DNA of 64,000 nt from Candidatus Staskawiczbacteria bacterium RIFCSPHIGHO2_01_FULL_39_25 (GCA_001820095.1 MHOO01000003.1:987-64986); one strand, 5' to 3'. Shown: positions 18,847 through 28,833, counted from the first letter of the stretch. Translations and numbers: made by a program. The notes: generated from the letters alone by a model not told the origin.

Positions 18847-20124
18847 ATGTGGTACGAAAAGATATTACTATTTTTCAAAAATAAAGAACTAAGGAATAAA
18901 TTTCTTTTTGTTTTTGGTCTTTTTTTAGTTTTTAGGATAGCAGCTAATGTTCCCATCCCGGGAATTGGCGTAGAAAATTTAAGAAAATTCTTTGCTGAAA
19001 ACCAGGTATTCGGCCTTTTGAATATATTCTCTGGCGGGGCGTTAAGCAACTTTTCAATTGTGCTGCTCGGCCTAGGCCCTTACATTACTGCTACTATTAT
19101 TTTGCAATTGCTAACCATGGTTTTCCCTGCGTTGGAAAAAATGTATAAAGAAGAAGGAGAAGCAGGCCGGCAGAAATTCAACCAATACGGCAGGCTCTTA
19201 ACTATTCCTTTGGCAGTATTTGAAGGATATGGGATGTTAACGCTCTTTCAGCGACAAGGGGTTATTAGCGCTTTATCACCGGAAATTCTCGTTAGTTCCA
19301 TTATCACTATTGTAGCTGGATCCATGTTTTTAATGTGGATTGGAGAAATTATCACTGAGCAGGGCATAGGAAACGGAATTTCACTGTTAATTTTCGCCGG
19401 TATCGTAGCAAGGCTGCCAATCAATATTTTCCAAACGTTTGTAAGCTGGGATCCATCTAAAATCCCTTCTTATATTTTGTTCTTTGCCTTATCTATCTTG
19501 ATTATTGCAGGGGTAGTACTAATTACCGAAGCCCGCAGGAATATACCGGTCTCATATGCAAAGCGGGTTAGGGGGTCAAAAATGTATGGCGGAGTTTCTA
19601 CGTATCTTCCTTTAAATGTGAACCCCGCAGGAGTTATCCCTATTATCTTTGCTCTTTCCATTCTTCTGTTTCCTAGCATGGTTGCCGGATTTTTTGGGAC
19701 GGTTCCCGGCATGGTGGGAGATGCAGCAAATGCCGTGGCGGCTTTTTTCAATAACCAATGGGTTAACGGTATATTTTACTTTATATTAGTTATTATGTTC
19801 ACCTATTTTTATACTGCTGTCACCTTTAATCCGCAAACTATTGCTGAAAACTTGCAGAAAATGGGCGGATTTATTCCAGGAGTAAGGCCCGGCAGATCAA
19901 CATCTGAATTTTTAAAACATATTTTAAACAGGGTATTATTTACGGGCGCCTTATCTCTTGGGCTCATTGCTGTGTTGCCAAATATTGTTGCGGGCATTAC
20001 CGAGGTTACTAGTTTTACCTTTTTAATTGGAGGCACGTCACTATTAATTATTGTAAGCGTGGTATTGGAAACCATGAGGCAGATCAACGCGCAATTACAG
20101 ATGCGGGAATACGACACTTTTTAA
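18847..20124 (+). CDS. secY: Preprotein translocase SecY
   Basis: LGLGPYITA, GIGNGISL, FIPGVRPG. Confidence 0.98.
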   Translation: MWYEKILLFFKNKELRNKFLFVFGLFLVFRIAANVPIPGIGVENLRKFFAENQVFGLLNIFSGGALSNFSIVLLGLGPYITATIILQLLTMVFPALEKMYKEEGEAGRQKFNQYGRLLTIPLAVFEGYGMLTLFQRQGVISALSPEILVSSIITIVAGSMFLMWIGEIITEQGIGNGISLLIFAGIVARLPINIFQTFVSWDPSKIPSYILFFALSILIIAGVVLITEARRNIPVSYAKRVRGSKMYGGVSTYLPLNVNPAGVIPIIFALSILLFPSMVAGFFGTVPGMVGDAANAVAAFFNNQWVNGIFYFILVIMFTYFYTAVTFNPQTIAENLQKMGGFIPGVRPGRSTSEFLKHILNRVLFTGALSLGLIAVLPNIVAGITEVTSFTFLIGGTSLLIIVSVVLETMRQINAQLQMREYDTF

Positions 20125-20145
20125 TTTGAATGCAAATTAAAAAGT

Positions 20146-20290
20146 GAATTTTCAATTTTTCCCGCAAGGCGGGATCCCGTTTGCGGGAAAATTTTCAATC
20201 AATTTTCAATTACTTAATTTTCAAACAAAAATCCGCCTGAGGCGGATTTTTGAGTAAGTAAATTTGATAAATTTTATATTTTTGATACAA
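20146..20290 (+). repeat. Family D (TTTTCAA) element with nested GC-rich palindromes
   Basis: TCCCGC-AAG-GCGGGA, TCCCG-TTTG-CGGGA, AAAAATCCGCC-TGA-GGCGGATTTTT. Confidence 0.65.
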
Positions 20291-20299
20291 TGGTTGAAT

Positions 20300-21013
20300 A
20301 TGTCAAAGCAAGTTATTATTTTATTCGGGCCGCCGGGGGCGGGAAAAGGCACGCAGTCAGAGCTCTTATCTGAAAAGATGGGGCTGTATTTATTTGAGAC
20401 CAGCAAAATTCTAGAAAAGGAGTTTAAAAAAGCAGAAGATATGCCAGGAGATTCCCCTGAACGGTTTGTAGAAATTGAAGGCGAAAAATTTGATGTATTA
20501 AATGAAAAAGAAATTTGGAAAAAAGGGGAATTATGCAGTCCGCCGTGGGTAACCTATCTTACGATGAAAGAGTTTAAACGATTACATGATGATGGCGATA
20601 ATTTAATTATTGCGGGATCTCCAAGAACCGTTTACGAAGCCGAACGGGAGATGCCTCTTTTGGCTGAATTATATGGCAAGGAACATATAAAAATAGTACT
20701 AATAGAAATTTCAGCGGATGTAACGGTATTCAGGAACACGCATAGGAAGATTTGCGAGTTAATGCGCCACTCTATTTTATTTAATAAAGAAACCGAAACG
20801 CTGACGATTTGCCCTTTAGACGGTTCTAAATTAATGAAACGCAAAGATCTAGATGATCCCGAAACCATAAAAACAAGGCTTGAACAATATAAAGCAAGAA
20901 CCCTGCCGTTATTCAATTATTTTAAAGAGAATAATTTTAACGTCCATAAAATCAATGGAGAGGGAAGTGTGGCAAAGGTGCATGAAGAAATACTGCGAAT
21001 AGTGGAAGTGTGA
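20300..21013 (+). CDS. adk: Adenylate kinase
   Basis: GPPGAGKGTQ, GSPRT, LID region. Confidence 0.93.
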   Translation: MSKQVIILFGPPGAGKGTQSELLSEKMGLYLFETSKILEKEFKKAEDMPGDSPERFVEIEGEKFDVLNEKEIWKKGELCSPPWVTYLTMKEFKRLHDDGDNLIIAGSPRTVYEAEREMPLLAELYGKEHIKIVLIEISADVTVFRNTHRKICELMRHSILFNKETETLTICPLDGSKLMKRKDLDDPETIKTRLEQYKARTLPLFNYFKENNFNVHKINGEGSVAKVHEEILRIVEV

Positions 21014-21145
21014 ATATAGAATCTCATATCTTGAATCTGGAATACCTGCCTGCGCAGGCAGGGAATAAAAGAATACTGAATGTAAAAATTCACATTCTAA
21101 ATTCATTATTCAATTCAAGCTACAAGATACAAAATTCAAGATTCA
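21011..21145 (+). repeat. Family B element with nested CCTGCCTGCGCAGGCAGG palindrome (21045-21062)
   Basis: Overlaps adk TGA; ends 6 nt before map. Confidence 0.85.
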
Positions 21146-21151
21146 ATTTAG

Positions 21152-21898
21152 ATGATTCATTTAAAAACCTCCGAGGAAGTTCAAATAATGGCTGAAGGGG
21201 GTAAGATTCTGGCAACTGCCTTAAAAGAAATAGAAAAAATGGCAAAGCCGGGAATTACCACCTTAGAACTGGATAGGGCCGCAGAGGCCCTTATTTTAAA
21301 GCACGGCGCAAAACCGGCATTTAAGGGATATGAGGGGTTTCCCTACTCTTTATGTGCATCGGTGAATGATGTGATAGTACATGGATTTCCCTCAAATTAT
21401 CGGTTGAAAGAAGGCGATATTGTCGGGTTGGATTTGGGCGTGTTGTACAAGGGCTATAATACTGATATGGCAGTCACGGTAGCGATAGGCGAGGTTTCAT
21501 TTGAAGCGAGAAGATTGCTGACGGTTGCAAAAAAAGCATTGCGGCTAGGCATCAAAAAAGCGCGCGCAGGCATCACTACGGGCGATATCGGCAATACCAT
21601 TCAGCGATACATTGAAGATCAAGGATATGGCGTAGTAAGGGATTTATGCGGGCATGGCATTGGCAAAGAGGTGCATGAAGAACCCCAAGTCCCTAATTAT
21701 GGGGACAGGCACAAGGGAACCGTATTAAAGGAGGGCATGGTCATTTGCATAGAACCCATGGTGACGGTAGGCAGCCATATGTTAAAGAGAGCAAAAGACG
21801 GCTATGGCTTTGCCACTAAAGACGGATTGCTGGCAGCCCATTTTGAACATACCGTTGCCATTACTAAAGATGGCTGCAAAGTATTAACAGAAATTTAA
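21152..21898 (+). CDS. map: Methionine aminopeptidase type I
   Basis: VHGFP, GHGIG, IEPM, AHFEHT. Confidence 0.97.
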   Translation: MIHLKTSEEVQIMAEGGKILATALKEIEKMAKPGITTLELDRAAEALILKHGAKPAFKGYEGFPYSLCASVNDVIVHGFPSNYRLKEGDIVGLDLGVLYKGYNTDMAVTVAIGEVSFEARRLLTVAKKALRLGIKKARAGITTGDIGNTIQRYIEDQGYGVVRDLCGHGIGKEVHEEPQVPNYGDRHKGTVLKEGMVICIEPMVTVGSHMLKRAKDGYGFATKDGLLAAHFEHTVAITKDGCKVLTEI

Positions 21899-21943
21899 TG
21901 GGACCACCTTTATTTGAAGGTGGTTTTTTGTTACAATAAAGTC

Positions 21944-22687
21944 ATGAAACTCATTGTCGCAAATTGGAAGATGAATCCGGAAAGCGCTCAAAAGGCAACT
22001 GAGCTTTTTGAAGCTGTGAAAAATGGCGTTATAGATACTAAAAACGTTGAAGTGGTTATCTGTCCTCCGTTTGTATATTTGCCGTTATTTTCCGGATTGA
22101 CGCTGGGCGCGCAGAATGTTTTTTTCAAAGAAAAAGGGGCATTTACCGGAGAAGTTTCTCCTGTCATGCTTAAGGATTTAAAAGTGCAATATGTGATTAT
22201 AGGGCATTCAGAAGCCAGAAAGCATTTGAATGAAACCGATGAAATAATCAATAAGAAAGTTAAAGAATGCCTCTTAGTAGGCTTAACGCCAATTCTGTGC
22301 ATCGGGGAAACAATAGAAGAAAAAGAATCAGGCAGGAAAGAAGAAGTGTTAAAAAAGCAAATAACCGAAGGATTAGCCGGAGTGTCAAATGTTAATGGTC
22401 AAATGTCAAATGTAATTATCGCCTATGAGCCGGTATGGGCTATTGGCACCGGGCATAGTTGTTCTTCGGAAGAAACGCAAGAAATGGTGTCAGCCATAAG
22501 AGAAATTATTACAGATTTATATGAGAAAGAATTATCAGATACGATGAGAATTCTGTATGGGGGAAGCGTGGATAGCAAAAATTCAAATTCATATTTAGCT
22601 ATTTCGGGGCTTAGTGGGCTTTTAATTGGATCAGATTCTTTAGATGCCCAGGATTTTATTAAAATAGTAGCGTCAGCTGGCATTTGA
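21944..22687 (+). CDS. tpiA: Triosephosphate isomerase
   Basis: ANWKMN, IGHSE, AYEPVWAIGTG, YGGSV. Confidence 0.95.
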   Translation: MKLIVANWKMNPESAQKATELFEAVKNGVIDTKNVEVVICPPFVYLPLFSGLTLGAQNVFFKEKGAFTGEVSPVMLKDLKVQYVIIGHSEARKHLNETDEIINKKVKECLLVGLTPILCIGETIEEKESGRKEEVLKKQITEGLAGVSNVNGQMSNVIIAYEPVWAIGTGHSCSSEETQEMVSAIREIITDLYEKELSDTMRILYGGSVDSKNSNSYLAISGLSGLLIGSDSLDAQDFIKIVASAGI

Positions 22688-22718
22688 CAAATCTTTAGAT
22701 TGCCGTAGTATTAGTGCA

Positions 22719-23246
22719 ATGAGTGAAGAAATTAAAAACGGGCAATTTTTCAGCCCCAGTAAGGGAAATTTAGCATTTAACGAAGTTATAAAAGAAATTT
22801 ATAATTATATTTCGGCTGAACCGGAATTTTTTTATGATATTATAGTAGGATGCGATTCGCCTTCTTCTGACAAGCCATTTTTTCCTATTGCTATTGTAGT
22901 ATTGAGAACGGGAGCTGGCGGCAGGTTCTTTTTGAAAAAAATGCATTACCCCGATGCTTATTTAAAAAGGTTTATGCACATTAATTGGAAGCAGCGGATT
23001 TTGCAAGAAGTGTATTTATCGTGCGAATTAGCCCTCTTGCTGCGGGAAACTTTGGAAAGGGAATTTGGAAAAGCAACTCCTACATTTAACTATCAATTTC
23101 AGTACATTCATGCTGATGTTGGCGAACAGGGAAAAACCAAAGAAATGGTAAAAGAAGTGGTTGGGTTAATCAAGAGCAACGGATTTGAACCCATGATAAA
23201 GCCACATTCTTTTGCGGCGTCAGTAGTGGCTGATAGATACACGTAA
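22719..23246 (+). CDS. RNase H-like YkuK/DUF458 family protein
   Basis: IVGCDS, IHADVG..GKT, KP.SFAASVVADRYT. Confidence 0.8.
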   Translation: MSEEIKNGQFFSPSKGNLAFNEVIKEIYNYISAEPEFFYDIIVGCDSPSSDKPFFPIAIVVLRTGAGGRFFLKKMHYPDAYLKRFMHINWKQRILQEVYLSCELALLLRETLEREFGKATPTFNYQFQYIHADVGEQGKTKEMVKEVVGLIKSNGFEPMIKPHSFAASVVADRYT

Positions 23247-23383
23247 TGAATTTAAAATTTGTACTTGAGCTTGCTCAAGGAGCTTGCGCTCTAATTTACA
23301 ATTTGAAATTACTGAATTTTAAAAAAGAAACGCCGGAAAGCCGGCGTTTTACGTTAAAGAAAATTGTGATATAATTCCATATT

Positions 23384-25090
23384 ATGCAGTCGTATGAATT
23401 ACGTCAAAAGTTTCTGGGTTTTTTCGAGAAACATGGACATAAAATAGTGCCCAGTTCTTCGCTATTGCCTACCGACCCTTCGGTGCTGTTTACTACTGCC
23501 GGAATGCAACAATTCAAACCATATTACACTGGTGAAGCTGATGCTATGGCAGATTTCGGCTCTTTGAATACTGTTTCAATCCAAAAATCAATGCGCACAT
23601 CTGATATTGATGAAGTGGGCGACGATACGCATGATACGTTTTTTGAAATGCTTGGAAATTTCAGTTTTGGTGGATATTGGAAGAAGGAAGCTATTGAATA
23701 TGCTCATGAGTTTATAACTAAAATCGTAGGCTTAGAAATTTCTTATGTTACAGTTTTTAAGGGATCTGATGTTGTTCCAAAGGATAAAGAATCTAAAGAA
23801 ATCTGGAAATCTTTAGGTATTTCTGATGTACGTGAAGAGGGCATGGAAGACGTTTTCTGGGGTCCAACGGGAAGTAATGGTCCGTGCGGTCCTACTACTG
23901 AAATTTATTGCAAAAATGCCAATGGTAAGGATGTAGAAATTTGGAATATTGTGTTCAATGAATTTTTTTGCGATGGTTCACGTGAACAATTATTAGAAGG
24001 AATTGCAAAGTTTACTCCACTTGGTAAAAAGGGGATTGATACGGGCATGGGCTTGGAGCGTCTTGCCATGATAGCTCAAAAAACATCAAACATTTTTGAT
24101 ACCGATTTATTTTCACCGATTATGCGTACTATTCCCGATGTTGAATTACGAATTAAACGAATTATTGCCGATCATTTTCGTTCGTCAGTCTTTTTAATTT
24201 CTGATGGAGTATTACCTTCTAATAAAGACCAAGGCTATATTTTGCGCCGTCTCCTGCGTCGGGCCATGACATATGCAAAAATCAATGGCTTCCCCAAAGA
24301 GGGACCTGCCGATTTAATTCATGCCATTATTGATGTATATAAGGCACAATATCGGGAGCTTGATTCAAATCGCATGAAGATCATAGATATGGTTTATGAA
24401 GAAAGAGAAAAGTTTGGGGCAACTGTAGAAAAAGGGCTAAAAGAGTTAGAGAAAATGCAAAAAATTGATGCAAAAAATGCTTTCTTTCTCTATCAAACTT
24501 TTGGTGTTCCATTTGATATTATTAAAGAGCTGCGTGCAAAAGATCTTAATCAAGGAGCCTTTGAAGATGAATTAAAAAAGCATCAAGAGCTTTCGCGTAC
24601 GGCATCAGCTGGAATGTTTAAGGGGGGATTAGCCGACCATGATCCAAAAACCATTAAATTACACACAGCGCACCATTTGCTTTTGGCGGTGCTTGGAGAG
24701 TTATTTGGCAAGACAGTAAAGCAAAAAGGGAGTAATATTAACCAAGAACGCTTAAGGATTGATTTTTCTTTTGATAGAAAATTAACCGATGAGGAAAAAA
24801 AGAAAATTGAAGCCAGGGTGAATGAAAAAATACAGGAAGGGCTTTTAGTCGTAAAACGGGAAATGCCTAAAGAAGAAGCCGAAAAAATTGGAGCAGAAAT
24901 GGAATTTGGTGTAAAATACGGTAATACGGTATTAGTGTATTTTATTGAAGATAAAAAAGGAAATGTTTTTAGCAAAGAATTTTGCGGAGGCCCTCATGTG
25001 AGCAACACCTCCGAATTAGGAAAGTTTAAGATTATGAAAGAAGAAGCTGTCAGTGCGGGAGTAAGAAGGATTAAAGCAACCCTAGAATAA
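23384..25090 (+). CDS. alaS: Alanine-tRNA ligase, short form lacking C-Ala domain
   Basis: TTAGMQQFK, TFFEMLGNFSFG, DTGMGLER, HTAHH, CGGPHV. Confidence 0.95.
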   Translation: MQSYELRQKFLGFFEKHGHKIVPSSSLLPTDPSVLFTTAGMQQFKPYYTGEADAMADFGSLNTVSIQKSMRTSDIDEVGDDTHDTFFEMLGNFSFGGYWKKEAIEYAHEFITKIVGLEISYVTVFKGSDVVPKDKESKEIWKSLGISDVREEGMEDVFWGPTGSNGPCGPTTEIYCKNANGKDVEIWNIVFNEFFCDGSREQLLEGIAKFTPLGKKGIDTGMGLERLAMIAQKTSNIFDTDLFSPIMRTIPDVELRIKRIIADHFRSSVFLISDGVLPSNKDQGYILRRLLRRAMTYAKINGFPKEGPADLIHAIIDVYKAQYRELDSNRMKIIDMVYEEREKFGATVEKGLKELEKMQKIDAKNAFFLYQTFGVPFDIIKELRAKDLNQGAFEDELKKHQELSRTASAGMFKGGLADHDPKTIKLHTAHHLLLAVLGELFGKTVKQKGSNINQERLRIDFSFDRKLTDEEKKKIEARVNEKIQEGLLVVKREMPKEEAEKIGAEMEFGVKYGNTVLVYFIEDKKGNVFSKEFCGGPHVSNTSELGKFKIMKEEAVSAGVRRIKATLE

Positions 25091-25205
25091 ATCCGAAGCA
25101 CGAAATCCGAAATCCGAAACAAACCTGAATTTTCAAAACATAAAAATTCAAAACTTGTTTCGAATTTCGAGATTCGGATTTCGAATTTCTTTTACGAAGT
25201 AAAAG
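25091..25205 (+). repeat. Family C element
   Basis: Begins at alaS TAA; ends a few nt before next ATG. Confidence 0.88.
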
Positions 25206-25209
25206 CAAT

Positions 25210-26487
25210 ATGGCTAAAAAGATCTACGATATTTTACCGCCCAATAAAGTAAACAAACCGAAAGAAGCGGTCAATATTTTTATTGATCATAAAAAGAAAA
25301 GAACCAGAAAAGCACTTGAGCAGCCCCAACCTATAAAAAAGCGTTTTGCATTGAAGGAAATTTTGGTTGGGGGAGGGATTATTGTTTTCTTATGCGGAAT
25401 TTATCTATATAATGTTTTGCAGAGCGTTCAGGTGGAAATTTTGCCAAAACTAGAAGTATTGGCTTTGTCAGAAAAAGTCATGGCAGACATATCAGTCAAA
25501 GAAGTTGATATTGCTAAAAAAATGATTCCCGCTCAGTATTTTTCAGAAGAAAAGAGCGGTTCGCGGGAATTTGACGCAACGGGAAGCGCCTCAAATGAAG
25601 GCAAGGCTACAGGCACCATAAAAATTTATAATAAAATCAGCCCGTCAACGCCTTTTGTGCTTAAGGCGGGAACCCATTTCTTATCTGATTCGGGCAAATA
25701 TTTTGTTACCTTGGAAAGGCTTACTATTCCTGCCGGACAAAAAAATGCGCCGGGGTCCATAAGCGCCAAGGTGCAAGCCGAAGAATCCGGGAAAGAGTAT
25801 AATATCGGGCCTTCTAAGTTTTCTGTTCCGAAGTTATCTGGCACTGAATACTATTATAGTATCTGGGGTGAATCTACGAGCGCTATGACGGGGGGGTATG
25901 CGGGAACAGTAAAAAAAGTAACCGGCGATGATATTTCCCAGGCAAAAGAAGCCCTTACGAAAGAATTGCTAGCCGAAGCAATCGCATCGCTGAAAAATAA
26001 ACTTTCCGCAGAGGACGTTTTATTGGATAACGCTTTAGTAAGCGAAGTTGTTGAAGCTACTTCTAACGTAAACCAAAATACGGTCGTAGAAAAATTTACT
26101 GAACAGGCAAGAGTAAAAGTTTCAGCGTTGGTTTTCAAAAAGCATGATGTGGAAAAGTTTGTCAAAAGTATTGCGGCAGATAATCTGCCGGAAGAAAAAG
26201 ATTTCTTGGAAAAAACCTTAGATATTGCCTATGAACTAGAGTCAGCGGATATGAAAAAAGGGCTGGAAGTTCTTAATTTACAAGCATCGATTCAAACATA
26301 TTACAGGATAGAAACTACGGACTTAATTGATTTATTTGCTTCTAAATCAGCTGAGCAAATAAAACAAATTGTTGTTTCTAGGTATTCTGATAAAATCTCT
26401 GAAACAAAAGTTAAATTCTGGCCGTTTTGGGTGAATAAGGCCCCTAAGGACAAAGATAAAATTAACATCAATTTAAATTTTCAGTAG
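25210..26487 (+). CDS. Single-TM extracytoplasmic protein (possibly baseplate-J-like, CPR-type)
   Basis: N-terminal DILPP, one TM, ATGTIKIYN, C-terminal FWPFWVNKAP. Confidence 0.55.
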   Translation: MAKKIYDILPPNKVNKPKEAVNIFIDHKKKRTRKALEQPQPIKKRFALKEILVGGGIIVFLCGIYLYNVLQSVQVEILPKLEVLALSEKVMADISVKEVDIAKKMIPAQYFSEEKSGSREFDATGSASNEGKATGTIKIYNKISPSTPFVLKAGTHFLSDSGKYFVTLERLTIPAGQKNAPGSISAKVQAEESGKEYNIGPSKFSVPKLSGTEYYYSIWGESTSAMTGGYAGTVKKVTGDDISQAKEALTKELLAEAIASLKNKLSAEDVLLDNALVSEVVEATSNVNQNTVVEKFTEQARVKVSALVFKKHDVEKFVKSIAADNLPEEKDFLEKTLDIAYELESADMKKGLEVLNLQASIQTYYRIETTDLIDLFASKSAEQIKQIVVSRYSDKISETKVKFWPFWVNKAPKDKDKININLNFQ

Positions 26488-26598
26488 ATCGTACCTGCTG
26501 TAACTGTGAACATATGCCCGCGCTAATAGGCGCGGGTTCTATTTTGAAGGGAAGTGTTGACTAAAAAAGATATATTTGTTAGTATTTATATTACATAA

Positions 26599-26847
26599 AT
26601 GAATCAAAACGAAGGTACCAATAGCGACCAAAATAGCAAGAAAATTATAAAATGCGAAGGTGTTGTTATGGAGGCTTTGCCAAACGCCTTTTTTAGGGTA
26701 TTATTAAGCGACGGCAGAGAGATTATAGGATTTTTATCGGGTAAAATGAGGCTTAATAAAATCAAGATTTTAACGGGCGATAAGGTAACCATAGAAATGA
26801 CGCCCTATGACGAGAAGAAAGGAAGGATAGTGTATAGGCTAAAATAG
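26599..26847 (+). CDS. infA: Translation initiation factor IF-1
   Basis: [21 protein letters not shown]. Confidence 0.97.
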   Translation: MNQNEGTNSDQNSKKIIKCEGVVMEALPNAFFRVLLSDGREIIGFLSGKMRLNKIKILTGDKVTIEMTPYDEKKGRIVYRLK

Positions 26848-26850
26848 CCA

Positions 26851-26932
26851 ACAATTGACCATTGACAATTAACCATTGACAACGTTTTTAAAAATTCGTT
26901 ATGTCAAATGTTAAATGTCACATGTCAAATGT
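26851..26932 (+). repeat. Family A element
   Basis: Loop AACGTTTTTAAAAATTCGTT identical to next copy. Confidence 0.92.
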
Positions 26933-26938
26933 TATATT

Positions 26939-27055
26939 ATGAAGGTCAGGCCATCAATAAAAAAAATTTGCAATGACTGCCAGATTGTAAAAAGAGAGGG
27001 AAATTTATACGTTATTTGCAAAAAAAATCCAAAACATAAACAACGCCAAGGCTAA
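26939..27055 (+). CDS. rpmJ: 50S ribosomal protein L36 (not in ORF track)
   Basis: [38 protein letters not shown]. Confidence 0.97.
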   Translation: MKVRPSIKKICNDCQIVKREGNLYVICKKNPKHKQRQG

Positions 27056-27140
27056 CCATTGACCATTGACAATTGACCATTGACAACGTTTTTAAAAATT
27101 CGTTATGTCAAATGTCAAATGTCAAATGTCAAATGTCAAA
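27055..27140 (+). repeat. Family A element
   Basis: From rpmJ TAA to 2 nt before rpsM GTG. Confidence 0.92.
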
Positions 27141-27142
27141 CT

Positions 27143-27532
27143 GTGCCACGTATCGCAGGGGTAACCATTCCCGAAAATAAAAGAATTGAAGTAGCCATTA
27201 CCTATATTTACGGTATCGGGAGTTCTTTAGGTAGAAAGATTTTAAGCCAGGCAAATATTGACGCTAATAAAAAAGCTAAAGATTTAACCCCCCAAGAAGT
27301 GAACCACTTAAGGGAAATCATTGAAAAAAGCCATAAAATTGAGGGAGATTTAAGAAGGCAAGTGATGGTAAATATAAAAAGACTAAAAGATATTAGCGCA
27401 TGGAGAGGATTGCGGCATGCCAAGAAATTACCCGTGAGAGGCCAAAGAACAAAGACAAATACCAGAACGGTGCGGGGCAATGTAAGAAAAACAATGGGGT
27501 CGGGAAGAAAGCCGGCAGCATCACCAACATAG
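27143..27532 (+). CDS. rpsM: 30S ribosomal protein S13
   Basis: RIAGV.IP, YIYGIG, LPVRGQRTKTN. Confidence 0.98.
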   Translation: MPRIAGVTIPENKRIEVAITYIYGIGSSLGRKILSQANIDANKKAKDLTPQEVNHLREIIEKSHKIEGDLRRQVMVNIKRLKDISAWRGLRHAKKLPVRGQRTKTNTRTVRGNVRKTMGSGRKPAASPT

Positions 27533-27534
27533 TC

Positions 27535-27660
27535 GAATTTTCAATTTTCAATTTACAATTTTCAATGAGTAGGTGTCAAAATTTCAACAAAGTGAAATTT
27601 TGACAGATTTTATTATTTCAAATTAGATCAATTCAAATTGATTTCAAATTTCAAATTAGA
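27535..27660 (+). repeat. Family D element with TGAGTAGGTGTCAAAATTT hairpin
   Basis: Near-identical to 40843-40925 and, inverted, to 34318-34369. Confidence 0.8.
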
Positions 27661-27664
27661 TATT

Positions 27665-28117
27665 ATGGGGAAAAAACATATCATAGAAACAAATCAAGAG
27701 GACCTTATTAAGGAAAAAGATAAAGTTGATGCAACTCTGAAAAAAGACGTTCGGGTTAAGAGCGCCGACCGCGTTACCGAAGGCAGGGTATATGTATCGT
27801 CTTCTTATAATAACACCATTATTACCCTTACCAATGCCAAGGGGCAGGTTTTATCTAGCAAATCAGCGGGAGCCGTAGGTTTTAAGGGAACTAAGAAAGC
27901 CACTTCCTTTGCTGCTTCCCGTGTGGCAGAAGCCATTGCTAATGTGTCTAAAAAACTAGCCGTAGAAAGAATTGAAGTTTTCATTAAAGGTATAGGGGCG
28001 GGAAGAGAATCAGCGGTAAGGACCTTGGTTAACCAAGGATTAAATGTAGTTTCTATAAAAGATGTTACGCCCATCCCTCATAATGGGGGAAGGCCAAGAA
28101 AAATAAGAAGGGTATAA
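27665..28117 (+). CDS. rpsK: 30S ribosomal protein S11
   Basis: SYNNTIIT, DVTPIPHNG. Confidence 0.97.
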   Translation: MGKKHIIETNQEDLIKEKDKVDATLKKDVRVKSADRVTEGRVYVSSSYNNTIITLTNAKGQVLSSKSAGAVGFKGTKKATSFAASRVAEAIANVSKKLAVERIEVFIKGIGAGRESAVRTLVNQGLNVVSIKDVTPIPHNGGRPRKIRRV

Positions 28118-28122
28118 ATTAT

Positions 28123-28725
28123 ATGGCAGAATTTAAACCATTATCACCAAAATCACCATCCAATGCAAATGATCCTTTTGCCAGTAAGCCTTCATTTGGC
28201 GGTGGACCAGGCGGAAAAAAGAAAAGAACCAAAGCTGCTTCTGAATATAAAAAATCGCTCCAGGAAAAACAGGCTTTAAAACACCTGTATGGCTTATCAG
28301 AGAGGCAGTTTAAACGGTATGTCAAAGAATCGTTAGAGAAAATGCAGAGGGTAGAAAATGTATCCGATGAGCTTATTAAAGCTTTAGAAAAGAGATTAGA
28401 TAACGTGATATTCAGGTTGGGTTTTGCAAAAACCAGAAGCCAATCCCGCCAGCTGGTTAACCATGCTTACTTTTTGGTAAATGGAAAATCGGTGAACATC
28501 CCTTCATTCCAAGTCAAAAAAGGGGATGTGGTAACCATTAAAGAAACAAAAAAGAAAAAAGAAGTTTTCAAAGATTTAGCAGTTAACGTAAAAAAAATGG
28601 AAGCTCCGGTTTGGCTAGATCTTAATAAAAGTACCTTTGAAGCAAAGACTATCGGAGAGCCAAGTTTGGCAGAAGTTAATCCGCCAGTGGAAATATCATT
28701 GGTATTTGAGTTCTATTCACGCTAA
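28123..28725 (+). CDS. rpsD: 30S ribosomal protein S4 (atypical N-terminus)
   Basis: SEY...L.EKQ, LEKRLDNVIFRLG, RQLVNH. Confidence 0.95.
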   Translation: MAEFKPLSPKSPSNANDPFASKPSFGGGPGGKKKRTKAASEYKKSLQEKQALKHLYGLSERQFKRYVKESLEKMQRVENVSDELIKALEKRLDNVIFRLGFAKTRSQSRQLVNHAYFLVNGKSVNIPSFQVKKGDVVTIKETKKKKEVFKDLAVNVKKMEAPVWLDLNKSTFEAKTIGEPSLAEVNPPVEISLVFEFYSR

Positions 28726-28764
28726 TTCAATGAATTAGCGTGCGAAATTTTAATTGATTGTAAT

Positions 28765-28820
28765 AATGAACAATAAGCAGTGGCCAATGAAATTTATTTC
28801 TGTTCACTGTTTACTGTTCA
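28765..28820 (+). repeat. Heptamer inverted array (TGAACA/TGTTCAC type)
   Basis: TGAACAA TAAGCAG ... TGTTCAC TGTTTAC TGTTCA. Confidence 0.6.
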
Positions 28821-28833
28821 TAAATAAAATTAT

